Shown: one piece after another, positions 1 through 8,015 of the stretch
Position numbering within the stretch: position 1 is the stretch's first letter
Layout of the letters: each line of letters starts with the position of its first letter
Origin: Abditibacteriaceae bacterium
GTDB lineage: Bacteria; Armatimonadota; Abditibacteriia; Abditibacteriales; Abditibacteriaceae
DNA length: 15,037 bases
Assembly: GCA_031372065.1 (NCBI GenBank)
Contig: JANMKN010000228.1
Location: 1 to 15,037 of the forward strand
Reading direction: 5' to 3'
Translations under genes and position numbers: made by a program
Notes under the pieces: generated by a model
Databases searched by the model: none
Told to the model about the DNA's origin: nothing
What the model saw: only the letters and a program-made list of their open reading frames with translations

Positions 1-16
1 ACGTTTGTTTGCTTAG

Positions 17-1072
17 TTGCATGATGACCGAAAAATCCGCATCCGCGACGAAAGGCGCTCCGATATTCACAAGGGACTCGTCTCCTTTGCTGCCGCACTC
101 ATCTGTTTGGCCGCTTTGTAATTCTTTTATTTAGGAACTCTTATTTCTTATTGTTTTGGCATGGCCGCTTTTTAAGTGGTTTAAGGCGCGTCTGCCGGAA
201 AAATTGGCCTTCGGCGTCACTTTTTTGGCGCTGTTAGCCGTATTAGCCCTTTTCTTCGGTTTGCTTTTTTATTCCGGCAAAGTCATGGCCGATGCCGCGC
301 CGCGTTATGCGGACGAGGCCGCAAAAATGTGGGGTCAAGCCCGCGAAAGCGCCGCGCGCTACGATCTGACGCTGCCGGAAAATCCGCGCCAGCTTTTGAA
401 AGGCTCCGGCGGCACATCTTTTGTCGGGCCGCTGCTTTCTATTTTGGGTTTGTGGCTACTGGTGATTGGTTTGGTTGCGCTGGGTTTGCACGAGGCGCCG
501 ACTTTTCGCGCGAAATTTCAGAAAAGGCTGATGATAAAGCCGAAAAAGGCGAGACGTTGCAGGTTTTGGATCAAATTATCGAAAAATGTGGTCGCTATTT
601 CTGGATTCGCACTGTTGTTAGCGTGATTCAGGGCATTTGTTCCAGCTTGGCGGCGCTGGCGCTGGGATTGGATTTGCCTTTTATCTGGGGACTTTCTGCG
701 GCGCTTTTAAATTATCTGCCGACGGTTGGCTCGCTGATTTCTGTTGTGCCGCCCGCTTTGTTTGCCTTGTTTCAATTTCAAGATGTAGGCCGCGCCGGAT
801 TGGTATTTTTCGTGATGTGCGCCATTCAATTGCTGCTGGGCACTTTTGTTGATCCGCTGCTTTCGGGTCGTCAATTAAAAGTTTCGGCGTTTTTAGTGTT
901 GTTCTCAATTGCCTTTTGGGGTTGGGTGTGGGGCATCGCCGGGGCGCTTATCGGGGTGCCTTTGACGGTCACTTTGTTGATTGTTTGTTCGCATTTCGAG
1001 GAAACGAAATGGATTGCCGATTTATTTGCGGGCGCTGACGAACAAGGCGAAGCATCAGAGGCCCCAAAATAA
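17..1072 (+). pseudogene. AI-2E family (PerM/TqsA-like) transporter, disrupted by an internal stop and frameshifts
   Basis: The C-terminal ORF has AI-2E motifs (LLNYLPTVGSLIS, LVLFSIAFWGWVWGIAGALIGVPLT). The middle TM region (LFLIVLAWPLFKWFK...APTFRAKFQK) is in a different frame. The first TM (GLVSFAAALICLAAL) ends at TAA 119-121. The start could be TTG17 or ATG21. Confidence 0.85.
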
Positions 1073-1205
1073 TTTTGCGACGCATTGGCGGGCGTTTTCG
1101 ATAAGATTATTGTCACGGCGCGCCTTGGAAATCGACAAAATCGAACTTTCGCGCGGCGTGACATCTTCCAACATTTCGAGTGTTTCTCAAGGGAGTTTTT
1201 TCAGC

Positions 1206-4200
1206 ATGAGGGTTAGTCAAAAAGGGTTATTCAGTCAGTCCGTTTTTTCGGCAGCGATGCCCACTATCGCTGCCGTTCTTGTTGTTTTGAGCGCGGTTTT
1301 GTGTTTTAGCAGTCCTGTTATGGCGCAGACAAAACCTGATACGCAAACGCCGCGCGTGGCGCGAGCCGAAGCCCGCGCCATGATTAGCCAATTGGTGCGC
1401 GAGGGCAAAATCATGCGGCCCGGCGATGCCAAGCGCGGAATGCGTGGTATCGGGCGCAGCGTGTTTCAAGGCACGAAAATCGAAGAATTTCATATCGAAG
1501 TCATCGGCACTCTCAAAAAAGTGATGGGCGGCGGCGACCTCGTGCTGATTAAAGTGCTGGATGGCCCGGTTGTCAAGCGTAATACGGGAATTATTGCCGG
1601 CATGAGCGGTAGCCCGGTTTATATTAACGGCAAAATGCTGGGCGCCATCGCCATCGGTTTTGGCTTTCCCAAAGAACCGATTGGCGGCGTGACGCCGATT
1701 ACACAAATGATCGAAGGCGCTTTGCCGGATAACACCGAAACTAAACCAACTGTTAAAAACAGCATCGAAAAACGTGCCGCACTCCAAAGCGAAACCTATC
1801 GCACCGGGGCGCCGATTGCAATTGGTGGACAGCGCATTTCGCAGGTTGTCGTTTCGCGCAATCACAGTCAGGAAATGGTGCCCGGCACATTGGTCGGGCG
1901 GCCTTGCACAATGCTGATGCAAATGGCCGGCTTTTCGCCCGCATCGCTGCCGCGCTTGAAAAAAATGATGGAGCCATTTGGCATTGAGCCAGTGCTGGGC
2001 ACTGGCGGCGTGATGTCGAGTTCTGCGTCGCCGGTGCAAGCGTTTTCGGCTGCCAATGAAAAAACCGATGTCAACCCGCCTTTTATACCCGGCGGCGCTA
2101 TCGGCGTGCCGCTGGTGACGGGCGACTTAGATATGTCGGGCGTCGGCACCATTACGTTTCGTTGGGGCAAGCGCATTTTGGCTTTTGGTCATCCGATGTT
2201 CGGCAAAGGCGCCGTTTCGATGCCGATGACCAGCGCGTATATTCACGATATTTTTCCGAGCTACCAGCAATCGTTTAAATTGGCTTCGCCAGTGCGCGAA
2301 GTGGGCGCTTTGCAGCAGGATACCGAGTTTGCCATTGGCGGCACCATCGGGCGGCGCGCCGATATGGTGCCGATGCACGTTCACTTGAAAAATGCCGAGC
2401 GCGATATTGATCGCAGTTACAATGTGCGCCTCATCAAAGACCCGGTTTTCACGCCGATGTTGTTACAAATGGTCAGTTCCGAAGCGCTGGGCGGCGCTTT
2501 TGGCATGGACTCCGACAAAATGGTGCGCGTGAAATTTCGCATGGAAATGCAAGACCTGCCGACCATCGAAAAAGAAGAATTTCTCTATGCGCAAAGCGAT
2601 GTGATGATGCCCGCGCTCGGCGATATGTTCGAGACGATTATGCTCACGCAGATGAATCCATTTTCGCGTGGCGATATCAAGCGCGTGGACTTGGATGTGT
2701 CGCTGGAGCCAAAGCGTCGCACGGCCATAATTAAAAGCATCGAAGCGGATCGCAACCGTGCCAAGGCTGGCGATAATGTGCGCGTTAATGTCTTATTGGA
2801 GCCGCACGACACACCGGGGCAATACATTACGCGCGTTTTTAATTTCAAAGTGCCCGACGATTCGCCGGACGGCGCCTTGCGCATCACTGTGAATCCGGCC
2901 AGCGATTACTGGCAAGGCCAGTCGCGCGTTGGCGGTGCGCCGCCCGATCCCGATAATCTTAAAGAACTGGTGGAAGCCTACCAAAAAGCGGGCGCTTCCA
3001 ACGAAATCTTGGTGCAAGCCTCAACGCCGCAAGCGTATTTAATGGTCGGACGCCAAAAAGTGGCAAACCCGCCGTCATCATGGGCACGCCTCATGCCTTC
3101 GCGCGCTTCGACAAATATCGCGGCCTACAACGAAACGCAAATCCAACGCGATAAAGTGGGATTTTCACTGACGGGCGCACAGTATCTTTCGATTCCTATT
3201 GAAAGTGCCCGTCACAGCGACCGCGAACGCCCCGACACCGGCACTACCGCCGATGGCAAAGCGGGCGCGGCCTCCTCGGCGGCTTTGGCCGCTGCAATGG
3301 CTGCCGAAGAAGCCAGTGCTGATAGCGGTTTTGACCCTTCTGATTACGAAACCGACGAACTGGCATTGATGCGCTTGCCCTTTGCGCGGCAGATGCAAAT
3401 TAGTCCGTTGGTTGGCCCCGATATGCAACTTTGGTGGAATCGCCTGTCTGCCTCTTACAAAGTGCCGTTGCAGTCAGGCGCCACGCCGCCCGCAGCAGCA
3501 GAAGCGATTACGCCTTCGATAACACCTTCGATTTCGCCCGTGAAGACTCCCGCCTCCAGTGCTGAGAAAGTCACCGACACGGTGGTGGCCACTGCTGAAC
3601 CCGATACTAATTTGGCCCGCCCTGTTTCACGTTGGATTCAAGACGATGCCAAAGATTTTTCGCGAGGCACCTTTGAAGGCACTGCAACTTCCTCCGACGG
3701 CATGATTCGCCCGGCGCCGCACGCCGAACTTTTGGCGACGACCACGCAACCTGTCGGATGGAGCATCGCCGCTGATCGCAACGGTTACACCTATATGGGT
3801 TCGGGCCACAAAGCGCAGATTTATCGCATTGATGCCAAGGGCAAAACGACGCTGCTGTATGACGGCCCTGAAGTCGCTGTCACGGCTCTGAACACCGACG
3901 AAGCGGGCAATCTTTACGCGGGCGTAACGCCCGGCGCCAAGGTGTTGCGTTTTAGCAAAGAAGGTTTTGTAACCACGATTTTTGATGGCGAGGAAACCTT
4001 CGTTTGGGCGCTGGAACGCGACGCCCAGGGGCGCCTTTTAATCGCGACGGGTGGCGGCGAAAAAACTGTCGGTGGCGCGATTTATCGCTTGGATGACGCT
4101 GCCACGCGCACCGAGCCAAAAGCCAGCGTGCCGCTGGCTCGCGTGCCGCAACGTCATGTGCGCTCTTTAGCCGTGCGCGGCAGCGACATTTTCGCGGGCA

Positions 4201-6005
4201 CTGGAGATGAAGATGCAGTTTTGTATCAAGTTTCGGGCGAAACCGGCGCTTTGAAAGCGCTGTATGAAGCGGGTGTCGGCGCGGCTCCCTCGGCTGGCTA
4301 TGGCGGCTATGACCCCAACCTTGCCGCGATGATGATGAATAATGCCTCGCGCGCCATGATGGGCGGCGGCGCGGGCCGACCCATGATGGGTGCCGATGCC
4401 ATGATGCTGATGGCCGGTGCTTCCGGCGTGCCGATGATGAGTGGTGCCGGTTTGCAAGCGCAGGGCACTGAAATTTTGGCTATCGCGGCGATGCCGGATG
4501 GCATTTATTTTGGCACAGCTAATAGCGGCACTATTTATCGCTGGACGCCTGAACGTGGCGCGATTCCGGTTTATGCCGCGCCCGCTCGCGCTGTTTATGC
4601 ATTGCGGGCACAAAACGGCAAACTGTTCGCGGCAGTAGCCGGCAGTTCAGGGGCGGCGGCACAGGCCGCTCAAATCAGCGCTGCAATGACTGCTGGCACA
4701 AGCGCGATTCAGCCGATTTCTTTGCCAGCCAGCAATGGCGCGCATGGCGCGGTTTATGAAATTGATTTGGTCGCTGCCGGTGACAACGCCGACAACACGC
4801 GCGCCGTGCGTTTGGTTGAAACCACGCAGCCTCAAGTCTTGGCGATTGCCCTGTCGCCGGGCGGCGATTTACTGGCCGCGACGGGAAACAATGCGGCGGT
4901 TTATCGCGTGCCTTTGGCGGCGCAAGGCGGCGGCACTTACACTTCGAATGTGCTGGACGCTGGGCGTTTAGTGCGTTGGGGCGCGCTTCGTTCTCTCAGC
5001 AAAAATGCGCCGCTGGAAACGCGGAGCGGCAACACTTTGGAGCCGGATGCCACATGGAGCGATTGGCAAAGCGCGACGAAAACCGAAACCGGCGAAGCGC
5101 GTGTCGCTTCGCCGCCTGCGCGCTATCTGCAATATCGCGCGAAGTTGGCATCCGATGGCTCACTTTCGCGTGTCGAAGCGATTTATCGCCCGCAAAATCA
5201 GGCGCCGGCAGTGCAATTTGCCTCGCCTGTCGGCGGCGAATTTTTGAAGGCCAAGAAGAAGTTGACTTGGAAGGGCAAAGACCCCGACAGCGATACGCTG
5301 CGTTATCGTTTGTGGCTCTCGCGCGATAGCGGCGCGTGGCAACCTGTCGAATTAAAGAAAAATTCGGCTGCGAGTTATGCCATTGAAGCCGATAAATGGC
5401 CGGATGGCTCATATCGCGCCAAAGTCGAAGCCTCAGATCGTGAGCGCAATCCAGAAGACCCGCGTTTGGCAGAGATGACTTCTTCGCCCTTTACCATTGA
5501 CAACACCGCGCCCAAATTGGACGGCCAAACTGTGCAAAAGCAAGAGGGTGCGTGGCGTGTGCGTGCCCTCGCCAGCGACGAACTTTCGCCTATCATCGGC
5601 GCCGAATGGCGTGTTTTCGTGCCTGAAGCAGAAAAGAAGGACGAAAAAGCCCAAAAAGAGGACACCAAAGACAAAGCCAACGCCAAAGACGCAAAAGCAG
5701 ACGCTAAAAGCGGCAAGATCGACGAAAAGACTGATGCTATTGCTATCCTTGATGAGTCATCAGATGACGCCGATGGCGATGCCGACATGGGCGATCTGAC
5801 AGATGCCAAGAAAGATGAAGCGGAATGGCACGCCTTGGCCGCAAGCGACGGCATTTTCGATGCGCGCCGCGAAGAAGTTATTGCTTCGATTGAAAAAATG
5901 GCCGCGCAAGGCAAGATTCCCGAAATCAAATCCGGCACCGTCATCGAAATCCGTGTGCGCGACGCCGCTGGCAATAGCACAACCGTGCAAGTCACGCTGT
6001 CGTAA
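1206..6005 (+). CDS. Large exported protein: SpoIVB-like peptidase S55 region + low-complexity linker + beta-propeller repeats + Ig/Fn3-like C-terminus
   Basis: GIIAGMSGSPVYINGKMLGA (from 1587) and GVGTITF...AFGHP (2181-2195) match SpoIVB motifs. There is a hydrophobic signal peptide ending VMA-Q. Propeller-like blades include WSIAADRNGYTYMG, TALNTDEAGNLYAG and WALERDAQGRLLIA. The C-terminus reads RVRDAAGNSTT. AGGGAG at 1190-1195 favours ATG1206 over the track's 981 start. Confidence 0.85.
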   Translation: MRVSQKGLFSQSVFSAAMPTIAAVLVVLSAVLCFSSPVMAQTKPDTQTPRVARAEARAMISQLVREGKIMRPGDAKRGMRGIGRSVFQGTKIEEFHIEVIGTLKKVMGGGDLVLIKVLDGPVVKRNTGIIAGMSGSPVYINGKMLGAIAIGFGFPKEPIGGVTPITQMIEGALPDNTETKPTVKNSIEKRAALQSETYRTGAPIAIGGQRISQVVVSRNHSQEMVPGTLVGRPCTMLMQMAGFSPASLPRLKKMMEPFGIEPVLGTGGVMSSSASPVQAFSAANEKTDVNPPFIPGGAIGVPLVTGDLDMSGVGTITFRWGKRILAFGHPMFGKGAVSMPMTSAYIHDIFPSYQQSFKLASPVREVGALQQDTEFAIGGTIGRRADMVPMHVHLKNAERDIDRSYNVRLIKDPVFTPMLLQMVSSEALGGAFGMDSDKMVRVKFRMEMQDLPTIEKEEFLYAQSDVMMPALGDMFETIMLTQMNPFSRGDIKRVDLDVSLEPKRRTAIIKSIEADRNRAKAGDNVRVNVLLEPHDTPGQYITRVFNFKVPDDSPDGALRITVNPASDYWQGQSRVGGAPPDPDNLKELVEAYQKAGASNEILVQASTPQAYLMVGRQKVANPPSSWARLMPSRASTNIAAYNETQIQRDKVGFSLTGAQYLSIPIESARHSDRERPDTGTTADGKAGAASSAALAAAMAAEEASADSGFDPSDYETDELALMRLPFARQMQISPLVGPDMQLWWNRLSASYKVPLQSGATPPAAAEAITPSITPSISPVKTPASSAEKVTDTVVATAEPDTNLARPVSRWIQDDAKDFSRGTFEGTATSSDGMIRPAPHAELLATTTQPVGWSIAADRNGYTYMGSGHKAQIYRIDAKGKTTLLYDGPEVAVTALNTDEAGNLYAGVTPGAKVLRFSKEGFVTTIFDGEETFVWALERDAQGRLLIATGGGEKTVGGAIYRLDDAATRTEPKASVPLARVPQRHVRSLAVRGSDIFAGTGDEDAVLYQVSGETGALKALYEAGVGAAPSAGYGGYDPNLAAMMMNNASRAMMGGGAGRPMMGADAMMLMAGASGVPMMSGAGLQAQGTEILAIAAMPDGIYFGTANSGTIYRWTPERGAIPVYAAPARAVYALRAQNGKLFAAVAGSSGAAAQAAQISAAMTAGTSAIQPISLPASNGAHGAVYEIDLVAAGDNADNTRAVRLVETTQPQVLAIALSPGGDLLAATGNNAAVYRVPLAAQGGGTYTSNVLDAGRLVRWGALRSLSKNAPLETRSGNTLEPDATWSDWQSATKTETGEARVASPPARYLQYRAKLASDGSLSRVEAIYRPQNQAPAVQFASPVGGEFLKAKKKLTWKGKDPDSDTLRYRLWLSRDSGAWQPVELKKNSAASYAIEADKWPDGSYRAKVEASDRERNPEDPRLAEMTSSPFTIDNTAPKLDGQTVQKQEGAWRVRALASDELSPIIGAEWRVFVPEAEKKDEKAQKEDTKDKANAKDAKADAKSGKIDEKTDAIAILDESSDDADGDADMGDLTDAKKDEAEWHALAASDGIFDARREEVIASIEKMAAQGKIPEIKSGTVIEIRVRDAAGNSTTVQVTLS

Positions 6006-6015
6006 AAAATCTTGC

Positions 6016-6057
6016 ACAACAAAGGCCGTCATCTGCAAAGATGACGGCCTTTGTTGT
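6016..6057. terminator. Probable bidirectional intrinsic terminator
   Basis: Perfect 19-bp stem ACAACAAAGGCCGTCATCT / AGATGACGGCCTTTGTTGT with a GCAA loop, between convergent genes. Confidence 0.85.
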
Positions 6058-6121
6058 TCTGCTGTCTTCAACAACTAAGCGTGCTGCCTAATAAAGCAGC
6101 CCTCTAAGCGTGCCAAACGCC

Positions 6122-7102
6122 TTACTTGACAACATTAGTCACTAATTGCGGGCGCGGCCCTCCAGAGCCGGGCATTTTGAGTTCGGCGGCCAGCCATGCC
6201 AGGCCGCGCTGATATTTGCCCAATGTGATTTCGGCATCGCCGCCTTGTTCGGCAATCAAGCCAATCGGCCCACGCCAGCCGCTTTGTTGAATGGTGCGCA
6301 GCATTTCTAATTCGTGATCGCCTTGCGAGGGCGGAATTAAGTGATCGTCGCCGCCTTTCACCATGCCTGTGATGTTCACCGTTACCACATACGGTTGAAT
6401 GCGCTGCCAAATGGTTGGAAAGTCGGCAATGTCGCCGTGTCCGTGGCTGAAATTGTAAATCATGCCCACGCCAGTCACGCCTTTTTGCTTTAAGCGCTCG
6501 ATAACCGCCACTTCGTTGTCCGGTTGGCCGAACCAGCCATTGTGATTATAAAGCCGCACCAAGCAACCCGACGGCCTGGCTAACTCGACGATTTGGCGAA
6601 TGCGTTCGGCTTCCTGTTCAATGCGCTGCTCTTGTTCTTCGGGCGTTTTGGTTGGTGCGCCCGAACCCATGACCCACAATTGCGGATGAATTTTATGGCG
6701 CCCGATAACATCTAAAATCTTTTGCGCGTTCGGGTCGCGCGCGTCAGTGGGAAACCACCACGCCGTGAAATCAATGCCGCGTTTTTGCAAGGCTTCGACT
6801 TCGGCATCAAAGGTGGAAATATGCTCGGCGCGCCAGTCATAGGCGAACTTTGTAAATCCAAGGCGCTGTAACATGGCGGCGCGCTCTTCCGGCCCGCGCT
6901 TTTTAGCATCAAAGGGCACAACGCACCAAGCGATTAAGTTTTGTTTATCGAAAAGCTCCATAGTTTTTTGTGGCGCAACAGGCAAAGCGAGCGCCGAATT
7001 TGTCGGAGACGGTGAAGCGGCGAGCAGAGGAGCGGCGAAAATTGTCAGGCTGGCGCACAGGGCCAAGACTCCGCGCATTGATTTGAAATGAGGGCGATTC
7101 AT
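6122..7102 (-). CDS. Sugar phosphate isomerase/epimerase-like (AP endonuclease 2 TIM barrel) protein with signal peptide
   Basis: AWCVVPFDAKKRGPEERAAMLQRLGF, LYNHNGWFG, YNFSHGH and SGWRGPIGL follow the layout of the xylose-isomerase-like barrel. The N-terminus is a basic then hydrophobic leader. Confidence 0.7.
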   Translation of the reverse strand: MNRPHFKSMRGVLALCASLTIFAAPLLAASPSPTNSALALPVAPQKTMELFDKQNLIAWCVVPFDAKKRGPEERAAMLQRLGFTKFAYDWRAEHISTFDAEVEALQKRGIDFTAWWFPTDARDPNAQKILDVIGRHKIHPQLWVMGSGAPTKTPEEQEQRIEQEAERIRQIVELARPSGCLVRLYNHNGWFGQPDNEVAVIERLKQKGVTGVGMIYNFSHGHGDIADFPTIWQRIQPYVVTVNITGMVKGGDDHLIPPSQGDHELEMLRTIQQSGWRGPIGLIAEQGGDAEITLGKYQRGLAWLAAELKMPGSGGPRPQLVTNVVK

Positions 7103-7135
7103 AGGGATTTTGTGCGGAGCAAAGTTGGATTAACG

Positions 7136-7179
7136 AAAATAAAAAGCGAGACACTCAATAAGCGCCTCGCTTTTATTTT
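7136..7179 (-). terminator. Intrinsic terminator after the acetylesterase gene
   Basis: The minus strand reads GCGAGGCGCTTATTGAGTGTCTCGC (stem with G-U pairs) followed by TTTTTATTTT, just after the stop at 7185. Confidence 0.8.
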
Positions 7180-7184
7180 GCAAA

Positions 7185-8003
7185 TTATGGATTGACGACA
7201 CATTCTGCCTTGGCTGCTGCGAGCGCGCGGCCTTTTTCTGAAAGAAAGGCTGCAAAAGGTGCGTCTTTCAAGGCTTGCAAACCTTCGACGACAGATTGGG
7301 CATTCAATTCCGCTCCCGCTTGATCGGTGTGCGTGTGTTCGTTCGGGAAAAACGGTTTGACGGCAGCTTCGCCCATCGCATCGTATTTATTAGCGACGAT
7401 GCCGTTTAAATCTACGAACGCCGTGCCGCCGGCTTGGGCGGCGTCTTTTGCCATTTGCCCGTAGCCGGGAAAAGCGCGCAGCACTTTGCCGTCTTTCCAA
7501 TCGTTGCGCGGAATCAGCGACAGCACAATCGGCGTGGCGCCTTTGGCTTTGGCATCGGCGATGTATCTTCGCAAATACCAACCGAAACTATGAACCGTTT
7601 CGGTTTTGCCGGTTTTTTCGTCCTTATAATCTTCGGTTTCCTCGCCGTTGCCTTTCAAAGAAGCGCGTGTGCTTTGACGCAGCGAGCCGCCATCGTTGTG
7701 GCCGAACTGCATCAAAACAAAATCGCCTGCTTTTATCTCTTGGAGAACCGCGTCCCACAAACCTTCGGTGTAAAAGGTGCGGCTGCTGCGCCCGCCGCGC
7801 GCTTTGTTCACGACGTTGATTTTCGTTTCATCGAAAAACGGCGCGATGACGCTACCCCAGCCCTTTTGCCCTTTGGTGCCGTTGTTGACCGTCGAATCGC
7901 CAATCAGCCACAGTGTTGGCTTTTCCGTTAATTTATCCTGCGCGTGGGACACGCCGACAAAGGTCACGCAAAATAACGCGGCGAGTTGAAAAAGTTTTTT
8001 CAT
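7185..8003 (-). CDS. Rhamnogalacturonan acetylesterase-like SGNH hydrolase (CE12)
   Basis: SGNH blocks LIGDSTV, GGRSSRTF, QFGHNDGG and EHTHT are present. The signal peptide ends SHA-Q. An AAGAGGA RBS lies upstream. Confidence 0.9.
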   Translation of the reverse strand: MKKLFQLAALFCVTFVGVSHAQDKLTEKPTLWLIGDSTVNNGTKGQKGWGSVIAPFFDETKINVVNKARGGRSSRTFYTEGLWDAVLQEIKAGDFVLMQFGHNDGGSLRQSTRASLKGNGEETEDYKDEKTGKTETVHSFGWYLRRYIADAKAKGATPIVLSLIPRNDWKDGKVLRAFPGYGQMAKDAAQAGGTAFVDLNGIVANKYDAMGEAAVKPFFPNEHTHTDQAGAELNAQSVVEGLQALKDAPFAAFLSEKGRALAAAKAECVVNP

Positions 8004-8015
8004 GATGCGTCCTCT

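Noticed and set aside
515..530. Programmed -1 frameshift in the AI-2E gene
   Set aside because: There is no full X XXY YYZ slippery heptamer, and an additional upstream stop and frame change point to decay.
981..1205. N-terminal extension of the 1674-aa ORF
   Set aside because: It overlaps the AI-2E 3' end. The RBS and signal peptide fit ATG1206.
1227..6022. Long antisense ORFs inside the S55 gene (e.g. 1227-2039, 5375-6022) and similar ones inside GH51 and GH39
   Set aside because: They are explained by the codon bias of the sense genes and have no protein-family motifs.
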